A DNA stretch of 64,000 nucleotides, taken from NCBI RefSeq assembly GCF_009914755.1, contig NC_060942.1, one strand, 5' to 3'. Shown piece by piece: positions 40,201-59,669 of this stretch (the first letter of the stretch is position 1; each line of letters begins with the position of its first letter). A program made the position numbers and the translations under genes. This DNA is from the human T2T-CHM13v2.0 reference genome, Homo sapiens. The notes below the pieces were generated by a model that did no database searches, was not told where the DNA came from, and was given only the letters and a program-made list of their open reading frames with translations.

Positions 40201-41499
40201 ACTTCTACTAGGTTGGCTTTTTGTTCTGTTCAGTGACCAAGACAACTTAAAACATTGATGATTTCTCCAAGAACATACATTTCAAGGGCAGTCTTTCTTT
40301 CCTTATCTAAACGCATTCCCTTCTCTTTTAATAAACCCATAGGCAGGCAACCCATAAACAAACTAATACACAAAACAAAATAATAAATTAACCAATAATC
40401 TGAAACAAGATGTTCAATAAAAGCTATGAAAGTTCCTCTATTCTCCAAGTAGAATGGCTGAGCTACTCCTCTTCCTTCTGTCCACTCACCTAAATGATTT
40501 TTCTCAGCTTATGCAACAATTCTCATGAGTATTCACTATATTTCAGGCACAGTTCTCAGCTCCGGACATGTTGGTAAATAATGGAGCCACGGTGCCATGG
40601 CTCCACTCATGTCCGGTCTAGTGCAGGACCTTTAAGAACTCAGCCCCAGCTGGCATAGTGTTCCAGGCCCCACAACAGAAAGTGCTGGGCCACAAAGCCA
40701 GTGTTTTCTCTTCTGCAGATGACTGCACCTCTTAAGAATCCTTGCTCTGGGTCTCCTTCGCCCATTGTAGGCAAGGTCTTCCACTAGGTCTGCTTGCAGT
40801 ACTTGCAAGATTTAGACAGATATATGGGCTGGGCCATTCTGGTTGAATGTGTTGCAGCCAATCCTGTTTCACAGCCAATCACAATCTCAGGGTGGCCCAA
40901 ATGTGGTTTGACAACCCTTCCTTGCAGAGTAGTCATGGATCCAGGCCAAAGACAACGAGCATTTATTTCTAATACACTTTCTGTATTAAAAAGGATTAAA
41001 AGTGGGCATTGATATTGGCTGAATGTCTTGGATATGTAGCAGGGCAAATGGTTTTGATTTCACTCCACATGAAAACACCAAGTTCTTCTTTCCTTTTGTT
41101 TTTTCTTTGTTTTTCGTAAGGCTTCACACATCTGGTCTCTCTTCCCAGAGAGCTCGCTCTTCCTGTCTTCTTCTCATTCTTCAATCTCACCTGGCTTTTT
41201 GACCCAGCACTGTCTCTAGTGGGGTCTGGAATGCAACACCAGGTGGGGCTGAGAGAATCCTTCCCCAACCACCGAACTTGTAGCTTCCTTTCCCTCCCCC
41301 TCCTCCTCTCATTGTTCCATTTCTCAGTGTCCTTCTCTTGTTCCTCATAACACTTATTACTACTTTAAATTTTGTGTGTGTGTATGTTTATTCATTTCTG
41401 TGACTGCAGACTGAAAGCCCCATGCGTTTTGTCCATTATTCATATGCAATTTTCAGCAGAGTGCCTGACACAGAAAACATACTTGCTAAATATGTAGGA

Positions 41500-41730
41500 A
41501 GCAGTGCTGGGTGCAGTAAGAGTGTGGGGCCTGGAGTTAATCAGCCTGGGTTTGAATCCTGGCTTACCACGTATTAGCTAAGCCTCATCCCTGTAAGCCT
41601 CAATTTCCTCATCAATAAAATGGAAATGTTGATAGTACTTGTATTTTTGTGTTATCCTGATATTTAAGTGCATTTCTTCATGTTAAATGCTTTGATGAGT
41701 ACCTGGCAAGTACTTAATAAATGTAAGCTA
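41500..41730 (+). mobile_element. MIR (preceded by an L2 3' fragment at ~41280-41480)
   Basis: CCTGGGTTTGAATCCTGGCT...GCCTCAATTTCCTCATC...AAAATGG. Confidence 0.75.
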
Positions 41731-42773
41731 GTTTTGTTTGTAGCTTGGATTTAGAGGTAAAATATGTAGAGCTCTGTGAAATGGTGTGATAGATAGGAAT
41801 AGCTACAGTAACAGGAAGCCACTGAATCAGAATGGCAACTGTTCAGACTCACTGTTATTCTGAAGCTCTCCAAGTTTGTTTTGTTTGCACGTCCATGATC
41901 CATTACTATCCTGCAAAGAAGTGAAAATGGGAACTCTTGGGGGTTCCCGGGTGCGCTCCCTGCTGGCCGCGCTGCAGGGTGCAGAGAGGCAGACGCAGGC
42001 ACGCCGCGGGCCCAGCGGAGCAGGGGCTTGTGCGCCGCTCCCAACAAACAGCCTGAGCGTCCCTAACGCAGGTTTGAGGCGTCACTAACGCCCGGGAGGC
42101 TGAGCACTCCTTGGAGGGGGACACCCACTGCTGTTCACCCTAAACGCCTACCTCAAGACAAGACACTGATAAGCACAGACACAAAGGAAACAAGTCTTTG
42201 CAAATGGGAAAAGGAAAGACTAAGGGAAATGAATTTATTTTAATAATCCACAAAGAAGAAATGACATCGGAGACACACACACACAAATATTCCAGCCCAC
42301 GAGACACTGACCATTCAGGAAATCAAAATAGGCTCAAATTGGTCAGATGTCTGCCAAAGGAGAAAACAGAAAATGTGAGAATTTGCCCACACTAAAATTG
42401 TTAAAATCATTTGCTTAGATGGACCATTTTGTCTTCATGAAAGACTTTTCCATGCTTATGTGTGAACAGACTTTAAATTCTTGATTTGAGAAGGAATATT
42501 TGTAAATTTAAAAAAATACTAGTGGAATTTAAACAAAGTTCCTTGGATGAGACATAATCTTGATTGCTCTGATGAACGCCTGCATCTGAGCATGCCAGGT
42601 CACCAGAGTAATCCTGCGAAGACCTTTTGTGCAGAGCAGATAAAATGCAGGTGCTCACTGAGGAGATTCTTCAAGGCCATGTGCACAGGCAGCCCTCACA
42701 AAGACTCAACATGAACGTCCGTGGTCTGGGGGCGGGTGGAGGTAAGTGTAGAGATGTTCCTCTCATAGCTGTA

Positions 42774-43054
42774 CTTTTTTTTTTTTTTTTTTTTGAGAGC
42801 AGGTCTTGCTGAGTCGCCCAGGTTGCAGTAATCTCGGCTCACTGCAACCTCTGCCTCCCAGGCTCAAGCGATTCTCTTGCCTCAGCCTCCTGAGTATCTG
42901 GGATCATGGGCACGCGCCACCACTGCCTGGCCAATTTTTGTATTTTTAGTAGAGACGGGGTTTCACCATGTTGGCCAGGCTGGTCTCGAACTCTTGACCT
43001 CAAGTGATCCACCTACTTTGGCCTCCCGAAGTGCTGGGATTACAGGCATGAACC
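42774..43054 (-). mobile_element. AluS-like
   Basis: T21 tail and dimer body with small deletions; followed by a second T-run. Confidence 0.92.
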
Positions 43055-43419
43055 TTTTTTTTTTTTTTTTTAAATGTCCATTCCATCATTTTCCCAGGAG
43101 GGAGACACTGACCCTAGCAGGTTAGCCAGCTTAGCTCAGGGACAAACTAGATAGGCTGTGGGCAGCTTGGAGCAGGGTGCTCCCAGCACACAAGTTAATA
43201 AGAGAACCTTGGGGACAACTGCAAGGTTGACTTTGTCTCTGTCCCATCTCTCTAACTTCTGACCTCCTTGCCTGTTCCCCTCACACCCCCTCTGCCTCCT
43301 CTCCCCATCCCACATACTTGCTTATTGCACAGAATGACCGGTTCCACAGTTACTTGTATATTCCTTCCAAAATTTTTCCCCTTTATTAAATAAGAAAAAA
43401 AAAAGCCATATCTCTAGAT

Positions 43420-43640
43420 CAGAATCAGGAAGCTGCACCCCATGGGCCAAATCTAGTCTGCTGTTTTTATCAATAAAGTTTTATTGGGACACTGCCATGC
43501 TCATTTGTTGACATGTTGTCTGTGGTTGCCTCTTTGCTAGGATGGTAGAGTTGAGTTGCTATTTCAACAGAGAGTGTACGGCGCACAAAGCCTAACACAT
43601 TTATCTTGCCCTTTACAGATAATGTTTGTCAACCCTGCTG
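43420..43640. mobile_element. MER58 (hAT-Charlie)
   Basis: ATGGGCCAAATCTAG...AATAAAGTTTTATTGG...CACAAAGCCTAA...CCCTTTACAGA...TTTGTCAACCC. Confidence 0.8.
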
Positions 43641-44789
43641 CTGATCTCTCTGGTCTCCCCTGTGTTCAATGGCTAATGTCTATCCTGGCATAGTTTTCTC
43701 TCTCTCACTAGAGACTAGATAGTATACCTAGCTCTCTCACCAGATCAAAACAGTTGGAAGAAAGGTGGTGTTTCCTTTGTCTTTTCATTTCTGCCATACT
43801 ACTGACATTGCTTAATAAATATCTCATAGAATCAGATTGAACCAATCAAGTCTGCAAAGAGTTCCAATCTACTGTGTCCCAACTCTTCACCAAGCACGGT
43901 AATAGGGACTGAGAGTACCAAGATCAATAGGCTCTTAGTCTCTGCCCTGGATAGACTCATAGATTAACAACTAGCTTAGATGAGCTCCTTGAAAAGAAGA
44001 CAGGGCAGGCCAAACTGAGGGAACAATGTGTGCAGGGAAACAGAGGCAGGAAGGAAGGTGGTAATATTAGGGAATTTCAGGTTGATTAAAATGACTGGAT
44101 TACCAGCGGAGGGAAGAGGGATGCTGTGAATAGCACTCTCTCTCCTTGATTTTTACTAGTCCTCGCTCAACTAAAGACACAAAGAACTAAGCCGTACTTT
44201 AATTGGTGGGATAGAAAAAGAAGAGGAGGAAGAAATAAGAAATGTTTGAGCGAAGAAATCCCAAATGTCTTTGGACCCTCCTATGCTGGGCCTACAGAAA
44301 TATGCTGACTCTGAATTCCTATTTACTATGAGGAAATATGAGGATCTCTGTTGCAGTTCCCAAATGCTGGAGGAGATCAGTGACATCCTAGGCAGCTGGA
44401 CTTATACCCTGAGGGGCAGTGACTTTCATTCCCACGATGATCACAGTGACGATGATAATAACCACTACCATCTATTTAGCACTACGTGCAGATCCCATGC
44501 TGAGCACTTTACACAACTTTGAATTTACTTAATCATTATAAATAATATGGCATAAGCATTATTATCCTCATTTTCTAGTCAATGAGAGAAGCAAGCGGAG
44601 TGCAGGTACAAAAAAGTCCTTGAGTCACACGTACATTAAGGAGGAGAGCTGGTGTTGGAACTGAGATCCGCATAATTTAAAACTCCAGGCCATCCACACT
44701 ATACAACCCAGATCCTCCTAAGCTAAGCAGTTACTACCTGTTTCTTATGTCAAACCTGTAATAACCTCTCAGGCTGTTCACTTGGCTCA

Positions 44790-46560
<1,771 letters not shown>

Positions 46561-46564
46561 TTTA

Positions 46565-46910
46565 TTTTTCTGACACATTGTAATTGTATGTATTCATGGG
46601 GTACAATTTGATATTTTCATACATATATGTTGTATGATGACCAAATCTGGGTATTTAGCATATCTATCACCTTATGCATTTATCATTTCTTTGTGGTGAG
46701 AATGTTCAACAGCCTCTCTTCTAGCAATTTTGTGATATATTACATAATACCTTATTCTTAACCATTGTCACCCTAAGTGCAATAAAACACCGGAACTTAT
46801 TCTTCCTAATTGTTACTTTGTACCCGTTGACCAAACTCTCCTCATTCTCCTCTCCCCTTTCCCCTTCCCAGTGTCTAGTAATCACCGTTATATTTTCTGT
46901 TTTTATGATA
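46565..46910 (-). mobile_element. L1MA 3' end
   Basis: TAATTGTATGTATTCATGGGGTACAA...CATTTATCATTTCTTTGTGGTGAGAA...TTTGTACCCGTTGACCAA. Confidence 0.8.
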
Positions 46911-46974
46911 CCTAGATATGGACTTTAAAACAACTACTTAAGCATAGTGTCTTTCAATCAGGAGATTCAATCAA

Positions 46975-49579
46975 GTGATTGAATCAGTAATCAAAAACCT
47001 CCAGACAAAGAAAAGTCCAGGTCCAGATGGCTTCACTGGTGAATTCTACCAAACAAAGAAGAATTAACATCAATGATTTCCCAACTCTTCCAGAAAACTG
47101 AAGAGAAGGGGACACTTCCTAACTTATTCTGTAATGCCAATATTCCCCTGACATAAAAGCCAGCCAAACACATCACAAAAAAACTAAAATCCTTTGACAT
47201 AATTCTAGCAAACTGAATCCAACAGCATACTAAAAGGATTATACAACATCTCCCAGTGGGATTTAGCCCACAAATGCAAGGTTAGTTCAACCTACAATAA
47301 TCAATCTATATAATACACCATATCGATTAAATAAAGGGCAAAAACCGCTCCATTATATTAATAGATTCAGAGAAAGTATTTGACAAAATCTAATAAACTT
47401 TTTTGATAAAAATACGGAAAAAAAACAGGAATTGAAAAACATTTCCTCAGCATGATAAAGTACTCTGAAAATTTCACACCTAACATCATACTTAGTGATG
47501 AAAAGACTGAACACATCCTCAGTACCCAGAGTCAGGAATAAGACAAGGATGTTGAGTCTCACCACTTCTATTAATATTCAGTTGGAGATTCTAACCAAGG
47601 CAGTTAGAAAAGAAAAAGACATGGAAGACACTCAGACCGGGAAAGAAGAAGTAAAACTATATTATAGATGACATGATCTTACATACAGAAAATCCTAAGG
47701 AATCCACTAGAAAACCCTCAGAAGTGATAAATGACTACATCAAGGTGTCACAATACACAATTAATATATACAAAAATCAATTATATTTTTATATATTAGC
47801 CATGAAGAATATTACAATGAAATTTTTAAAAATACCACTTCTAAAAGACACCAATTTTGAAAGAATAAAACACTTAGAAAAAAATTAACAAAGTATAAAA
47901 CTTATACTCTGAAAACTGCATGACATCGAGAGAAATTAAAGAAAACCAAAATAAATGGAAAGCCATTCAGTGTTCATGGATTAGAAGATTTACTATTGTT
48001 AAATAACAGTGCTCCCCACATTTATCTATGGATTCAACAGATCCCTATCACTGACCCAGCTACCTTTGTTGCAGAAATTGATGAGTTGAACCTAATTCAA
48101 ATGGAGATGCAAGATACCTACAATAGTCAAAACAATTTTGAAAAAGAAGAACAAAGTTGGAAGACTCACACTTCCCAATATAAAAACATAATAGTAATCT
48201 ACAGTAATCGATAGAGTATGGTACTGGCTTTAGGACGGCATAGAGATCAATGGAATAAAGTTGAAAGTCCAGAAATAAACTTTACATTTATGGTCAATTG
48301 ATTTTGATTACTGGCAAAGATATTAAGGTCATTCAGTAGGGGAAAAATAGTCTTTTCAAGAGATGGTTCTGAGGCCACTGTATATTCACATGCAAAAGAA
48401 TGAAGTTGGACCCTTGCCTTACACCATATACAAAAATTAACTCAAAACAGACTTCAGTCGATATGTAAGAGGTAAAAACTCTAAGACTCCTTGAAGAAAC
48501 ATGGGTATAAATATTTGTGATCTTGAATGAAGCAAGTTTCTTAGATATGTAACTAAAAGCAAAAGCTATGGAAAATAGAAAAGTTAGACTTCCTCAAAAT
48601 TAAAAAAAAATCATACCTAAGAAGACATGCTTAAGAAAGTGAAAAGACATCCCACAGAAAGGGAGAAAATAATTTCAAATCATATCAGATAAGGTATTTT
48701 TATACAGAATACATAAAGAATTCTTACCACTCAGTAATAAAAAAGAAATTTAATCAAACTGAAGAATGGAAACAGATCTGAATAAACATGTTTCCAAAGA
48801 AGATATGGCCAATAAGCACATGAGAAACATGATCAACATCATTAGTAATTTGAAAAGTACAAACACAACCTTTAGGATGGCTATATTTAAAAAGACAGAC
48901 AATTTAAATGTTGAGGTGCTATGAAGAAATGCGAGTTAATGCACATTACTGTTGAAAAAGGCATATAACAGTTTTGAAAAACAGTTTGACAGTTCCTCAA
49001 ATTTTAAACGGAATTATCATAAGAGCCAGCAATTTTACTCATTGGTGTATGTTCCAGAGAGTTAAAAACATATCTCCATGCAAAAACTCTTCTGAATGTT
49101 CATAGCATTTTTTATTTATATCCCAAATGTCCATCATTAGGTTGGAAATAACTCATATGTTCATCATTTTATGAAAGCAGAAACAAAATCATACATTCAT
49201 ACAATAGAATATTATCCAGCCATAAAAGAATAAAGTGTTGATACATGCTCCATCATGGATGAACCCTGAAAACTTTAGACTAAGAGAAAGAAGACAGGCT
49301 CAAAAGGCCACATATAATGTACTTCTATTCTTATAAAATGCCCATAATAGGTAAATTCACAGTCAGAATGTAAATTAGTAGTTCCCAGGGGCCAGGGGAA
49401 GGGATGAATGTGGATGATTGCTAATATGTATGGGGTTTCTTCTGGGATTGTGAGACATTCTGAAATTAGATAGTGGTGGTAGTTGTATAACTTTGTGAAT
49501 ATACTAAAAACCACTGAACTGTACAATTTCATAGGGCAAATTTTATGATGCATGAGTTTTATCTCAATTTTTAAAAAGT

Positions 49580-49580
<1 letters not shown>
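46975..49580 (+). mobile_element. 5'-truncated L1MB-like element (degenerate ORF2 RT to 3' UTR)
   Basis: AAAAGTCCAGGTCCAGATGGCTTCACTGGTGAATTCTACCAAAC, the YADD region (ATAGATGACATGATC ~47664) and an L1MB-type 3' end. Confidence 0.88.
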
Positions 49581-51665
<2,085 letters not shown>

Positions 51666-51671
51666 GAAAAA

Positions 51672-51951
51672 GGCTGGGCACGGTGGCTCACGCCTGTAAT
51701 CCCAGCACTTTGGGAGGACGAGGCGGGCTGATCACGAGGTCAGCAGATTAAGACCATCCTGGCTAACACAGTGAAACCCCGTCTCTACTAAAAGTACAAA
51801 AAATTAGCTGGGCGTGGTGGTGGGCGCCTGTAGTCCCAGCTACTCGGGAGGCTGAGGCAGGAGAATGGCATGAACCTGGGAGGCCGAGCTTTCAGTGAGC
51901 CGAGATCGCACCACTTCACTCCAGCCTGGGAGACAGAGCGAGACTCTGTCT

Positions 51952-51990
<39 letters not shown>
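51672..51990 (+). mobile_element. AluY-like with ~36-nt pure A tail
   Basis: Full dimer; uninterrupted A run 51953-51988. Confidence 0.95.
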
Positions 51991-52478
51991 ATATTAAACT
52001 ATCAGGAATCAAGAATTTTAGTGTAAGAAAAATAAGTTGGGATATAAGATAAAATGATTTAGGAAAAACAGTAGTGCTAAATTTGAATTGCAAACATCAA
52101 TATTAGCTCATGATTTTAAAAAATGTGTATTTATAGCTCTCTTCTGACAGGGTCAAGAAGCAATAATGTCCCAGTGCCAATTAGCATACCAGTGCCATTT
52201 TTGGCTTTCTAAGAACTATTTTTCAGTAGATGAAGAAATTCAGACTCAGAAGAGAAATGGCTACCCCAGATCCGGGACAAAGAAAGTATGAAGTAAGCTT
52301 CTGACATCTTGTGACAGAAAACAAAGGCTCAAAGAATGACACGGATTGGCTCAAATAACCCAGGAGACGGTTGGAAGGGATCTGCCCAGGTGAGCTTTGG
52401 GAATTTTGAACATTAACAGGAACAATCACTGATTTGAATCTTGGATCAAAAAAAGAACATACTATAAAAGATGTTCTT

Positions 52479-52773
52479 GGCAGGGCGTGGTCGCTCACGC
52501 CTGTAATCTCAGCACTTTGGGAGGTCGAGGTGGGTGGATCATTTGAGGTCAGGAGTTTGAGACCAGCCTGGCCAATGTGGTGAAACCCCGTCTCTACTAA
52601 GTATACAATTAGCCGGGTGTGGTGGTACACGCCTGCAATCCCAGCGACTCAGGAGGCTGAGGCAGGAGAATTGCTTGAAACCAGGAGGCAGAGGTTGCCA
52701 AGTGAGCCAAGATCGTGTCACTGCACTCCAGCCTGGGGGACAGAGCAAGAAAAAAAGAAAAAGAAAAAAAAAA
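52479..52773 (+). mobile_element. AluSx-like, inside an old L1M 3' end fragment (~52090-53200)
   Basis: Full dimer; TSD AAAGA(TG/CA)TTCTTGG. Confidence 0.92.
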
Positions 52774-55214
52774 GACATTCTTGGGGCTTTGGGGAAAATT
52801 TGAATATGGATTGAATGTTAAATTATATTTTTAAATTATTGTTTTTTAATTAGATGTAATAATGGTATTGTTGCAGAAGGGCCTTATTTTTAGGACATAC
52901 CTGCTGAACTCTTTGGAGTGAAATTTCATGATGTCTGTAATTTATTTTCAAATGCTTAAGACAATAAAAATCGTATATATACACATATCAAATATATTAT
53001 ACATAATATATATGATTACATGTGTACACACACACAGAGACAGAGACAGAAACAGAGGAAGAGGAAACAAATGTACATATATAATAAATGTTAAAAGTTT
53101 CTGGATCTGCATGGAGGACATACAAGTATTTATTGTATTATCCTTTCAACTTTTTCTATACAAATAAAAATTCTCAAAAAGTTTATGAAAAATTTAAGTA
53201 TTAAATAATTTCAAAACAATGGAAAATTCCAATGCTTTTTCATCAAATATGTAGAAAATGCTCAATAAAACTCTGTTGACATTAAGATAATCCTTTTAAT
53301 TTAGTTATCTCCAAGGGAAAAACTGCTAATAGGATTAGATTTTCGGAGAAAATTACGCCTCATAAATATTTAGACCTTAGAAAGCCATGAAAGCAAAAAG
53401 ACTTCTAATTTTTGAACAGTTTATGTACTTTTGTCTATGCATTTTTAAATGACTTTAATGTTTAAGATTGTTCATATGTCTCATAGGTAAAGCTTCTGAT
53501 TTTCAACACTTTAAAAAATAAAAAAGATTAAGATTATTTTAAGAGGTTTTATGAAGTTTATGAGAACTATGCAGCAATTTTGTGACTGTGTAGCTTGGTA
53601 TGCACCTAGTATTTTGGTTTGGTAATTACGGAGCTATGGTATTTAACATCATAGTTTTACAGTTTTGTAATTGTATTCTGCAGCCAAGAGGAGAAGCAGC
53701 AAACCATTTTTCATTCCCCTTTTTCCCTAAGAGAAAGAATAGAACAGCAATGAAGGCATTGTATTAAATTAATATGAATCTGCAAATTCGGATGAATATA
53801 AAAAGTAGGTCTTCCTGGCTTTGAAAGGACTTGCTGTAAAATGTTCCCATAACTCTCCATCACACTTTTTCCTTTCCTCGTCCCCTTTTCTCTTTCCTTT
53901 CCCCTTCCAAGTTACAGCTTTCACTATTTCCTTCAAATTCAGTTTCTCTGGAGCATTTTCAGAATGGAATGGAACAGATACAAGTGACTGGGATTGTCCC
54001 ATGACAAAGATGAGAGAAAAAAATATTTCTGGGAGATCAAAGACAAACAGGCCTCAGCACACAGATTTCGGTCAGCACAAGTTTCTCTGCCAATTTATGC
54101 CCAGCCACGGGGGCCCCCTTCACCATCCCAGTGAAAGAGCAGGTCTTTGTTCCATCTGTATTCCTACCTCTGCTTCCCTCTCCTTTTCTTTGCCTCCTTT
54201 GCTGCCCCATTGTCACTTTCACTTCAATATACAGTATCATTGAGCCCAGATAGTACATCCTGGACCCTGGAACCCCAGGCCCGTGTCTCCTTTCATTACT
54301 TAAGGCCCTCGAAAGACACAGAGGTTAGAGTGGGTGACCAGCCTAAGGAAGGCAGTCATGAAGAAATCTCTGAAATTAAAATGTGTTGAAAAATTCCCTG
54401 TAGTCCTGTGTTCTATGTATAAACAGGATTAAAGTTATTTGAAAAGTAAAGGAAACCACATAATCACATGTATATCAAATGCAAAGCAAAAATTGTGCTA
54501 TAGACATGTTAGCAACAAAGGAGAGACATAGAGCTTGAAAACAATAACTATGTTCCGACCATGAAGAGCTTCGTGAATCTCTCAGTCACCGTCAGAGTAC
54601 AGACTCTCTTTTCATAATATCTTACACCTGTAATAGCAACTTAAGATTTACAACCTGGACCCCAGACATAGCTTGGCAAGTGCCTCCTCATTTAGGATAG
54701 TAATATTAAGTGTCTCTTGGAATGTTTGCATTTCTCAGGGTATGCCACTTGGTAAATTCCATGATGATTTGGCAAAGTCTGTCCACGCCCTCCCTCTGTA
54801 AGGCTCTCAGGATTGCCATCTGAAGTGATTCCATATGACTCAGACCATCCCTGGCCCCCACATCTCCTGCAAAAAACATCAGCAGGCAGTGCAAAGTTGA
54901 ATAAAGCTCAAGAGAACCATCAGGTGATAATGCATTTTCCTTGGAACATCAGTCCTGAAATAACCTCGAGTGTCCGGGTCAGGCAATTCCCCTTGGAAGC
55001 ATCAAATAGGCATTATACCCTGGAAAACAGAAACACTGGACTGCCCCCAAGAAGAAACTGAAAAGATACCAAGTTAGCAACGCCACAAAGCCACAAGCAA
55101 CCTGCCTCCTTCCTCCTCTCCTGCTCTTTTGATTAAAACATCAGTCATATGCACAGTGTTCAGAAAACATTGCATTATGATCTTTATCATGGAACTTATC
55201 ACTCCCAATGCTGA

Positions 55215-55548
<334 letters not shown>

Positions 55549-56159
55549 GGGCTGTGTCTTTTTCAACTCTGTGTACCCAGAACATAGTAGGGTGTTTGGC
55601 ACATAGCAGGCACTCAATATATAGCTGCTGACTGAATAAATGTTAAATGGAGGACTTGTCAGGTAGTCTGTTGGAATAAGGACATTAACACAGAAATCAT
55701 TGTGAGCACTTCCTGCTTTGCAGGCACTATGTTAGAAACATGTTTACACTGTTTCATTTAATCCTAACAGTAACTCTGCAAGACAGGTGACTTCATCTCT
55801 GGCTGACAGAGGAGGTTATTCAAAGAGGAAGAGGTCAGACAGATGACCACGATCAAGCCCAGAGAACAGCAGAACCCCGTCTCTCGGGTGCCATAGACCT
55901 GGCCCATCCTGTCCTCAAGGGGCTGGATTAGCAGAGAGAAGGCACAGGTAACCAAATGGCCAAGAGCTATGACACGTTTCGCCCTGATTTCTGCCTGGCT
56001 GTGGTGGAGATCAGTGCTAATAGTTATGAGGAGGGAGAGAGGGATGAGAAGGTTTAATCTGAGTTGTGAGAGACAAGGAGAGTGGGAGAATCTGGCTGAC
56101 CTTCATTATCTGCAAAGACAGGAAAGACTCCGATGGGGACACAAGGTGGTTCTGACTGA

Positions 56160-56640
<481 letters not shown>

Positions 56641-57804
56641 CCAGAATACTTTTTCTAGCAACAGTCTGGAATGGTACTGATCCTGGAGACAGAATATGAA
56701 AAAGATCCTAGTTAAAATTGGAAAGAAAGATGAATGAATGTGGGCGTAAGGAACAGAGAAGAATTAAGGATGATCGCATTTCAGTGAAGAAGTGGAGAGG
56801 TTGATTGCAGAGGACTCAAAAAAAGCTCCATACGTAAATAAAGTAACATGATCAGATAATGTTTTGAAGAATTAACATATGTATTGTATTTTGATTCTGT
56901 GATTCTTCTCATCAGGGAGTTTGCCAGTGGCCCCAAGGGCCCAAGGGGAATTGCCAAGCCCATGTCATTCACTGCTGCAGAAAATCCCTGAAGACATAAG
57001 TGGTCCAGCAGTTTTTGCATCCAGGTCCTTTGATTGTGTTATTCCTTGTCACTTTGTCACAGTTTTCTCTGACTTAAATCAACCAGGAGAATAAATCAAA
57101 CAGCAAGAGTAACCGACACAACGATTTCTGCCCAGCACAACCCACAGCTGGCTGAGTCTAGGTTCCATGGAGCGGGAGGGTGTGGGTGGCTAGCCATCCT
57201 TGTTACGCAATGGCAAGGTTGCTGGCTGAACGTCTTGTTGATGAGGTTTCTAATTTAAGGGGCCTGATAGAATGCTTATTTAGGATTTTGTAATGTGAGA
57301 AACAGACAAGTTTTGGTTACACTGGCGCTCGGCAGAGATAAGAAAATACACACGTGGTTCAATGCAGCCTTTCTTGTGGCTCTGGGGCCTGGTGCCCTTT
57401 CACAACTAACTTGCTGCCTCAGGACAGTGAGGCCATGTAAAAGCACCCCGTCCAGCTCACAGGAATCCCAGGAGGCTTTACAGTCACCATTTAGAGTTCT
57501 CCTTTGGGGTTAGTGACGGCATGAACGCCCACAGCTACGTACCAACTGAAGTCAGAGACGTGGTTTTACAGTGGAGCCAACTGACGTCGAGGTGGGCATT
57601 TCTCCAACATTGCCACCTCTGCTTGGTGCAGACAGGAGAAGCCATGTGGCAGCTGTCACAGATGACTGCAGTGGGAGTGTGGAAGGTGAGGACTTATAGG
57701 GGACTACCCAGGGAATGGTCCACATGACCCTTTGTGGGGCCTTACTAATGCCAGGACCTAAGGGGTACCATGTAGAGCTTTGTAAATTAAATATAAATAA
57801 AATA

Positions 57805-58135
<331 letters not shown>

Positions 58136-59669
58136 AGGAAAAGATGCTGCCCTTTTGTAGGAACTGGTCATTCTGCATTCTTTTTCATCTGGAAACCTCA
58201 CTTCTCTCCTTAAAGCTCATAGTTGCAAGGACAGAAGGACTGCGTTACCTATAGAATAAAATCTTCATGCCACAACACCTATGGCTTAAGGAACGAGTGT
58301 CCAAGAGAGCCACAGGAAAAACCAGGTTGGCATGAGATTGCAGTAGGCTTCATGAACAAGAAAGTTACAGCTACATCCAAAGGAGATTTTCTGGCTTCGC
58401 CCTCTAAAGCAGGCAATGAAACCCAGGGCTTAAACCCCAGGGCCAGTGACTCCACAGGGTGCAAAACCGCCTGGGCATGATGATTTATGGACCTGTCAAA
58501 CACTCAGCAGCTTTCTGGTGTGTTTAGGGCACAGCATCTCAGAGTGCATAAGTCATTATTATGAATGCTGGGCTGGGGTGCGTGGGGACGGCTCTCAGGC
58601 CCCTCCATGGGCTCACAGGCCTTCTTTGTTGAGCCTGGCAGAGTCAATAGCAGTAAACTCTGAAGCCCTCATTCCTCTTTGAGTTTACTTTACATTTGAC
58701 TCAGAAAATAAAGTCAATCAAATGTTCTAAAGATCATATTTGGTTCATATTTCGTCCAGACTTGCTCAGTTTTAGAAAAACAAACTCATTTTCAAGGAAC
58801 TTGATCTTTGTCAATTTCACCGAATCATTCATATCAAAATATAGGAGTAACTTAACAAGGATATTATTAAATTTATATGCATTCATAATATATGCTTTGC
58901 TTTAAAAGACAAATAAGATGAGAAACGTCTTTAGTGATTTTTAAGAGTCAGCCTATGGGACACAGCAATAAATCCATTCATTTTACGAAGATATATTCTG
59001 TCAGTAGTGATATTCTTCTTGAGAAAAATCCATCTCAAGCATCTAACAGAAGAAGTCGAATTAGCAGAATGCTGTGTGTTCCAAGAGTTTAATGATATTT
59101 CTGTTATTTTTGCTTTAAATCCAGAATAAAAAGAGGTGGGTTACCATTAGATCAGTAATTAGGCCAATTCATTCAGCATGATTTAATCTATTATACAACT
59201 AAATTACAGTACTTTTGAATCCAAACACCATTTAGAACAATCTTTCTATTACAAAGACCAGGTTACAGTTTAGGATATTAGGGAGAAAAATGTAACCCAC
59301 ACACCTCCTCTGTTCATTGCATAGTAACTGAGCCTAGGTGACCAATTTGTGCCAAGCGATGAACCTTCCAAAAGTCTCCTTCTGGTGATGACTTCTCTTG
59401 CCCTGTGGGGCCTCCAGCCAGTAAGAATAGCGGCAAATCTGGGGGCTTCATGGGGTTGTGGGCTTAGAGCTGGGAACGGGACAGGAAGCCACAGGGGCTG
59501 GGCAATGATGAGAAGCAGAGACATTTCTGTCTCCATCCCATCCCATTTCATTCTCCTCCTGGCATGACACCAATAAATATTCAGCTGAAAGATTGATTCA
59601 CAGATGAGAAGTGAATGTGCTTTTCCCTCACTGCACTAAGGAATTAATTATTTGTATTTGTTTATCTAT

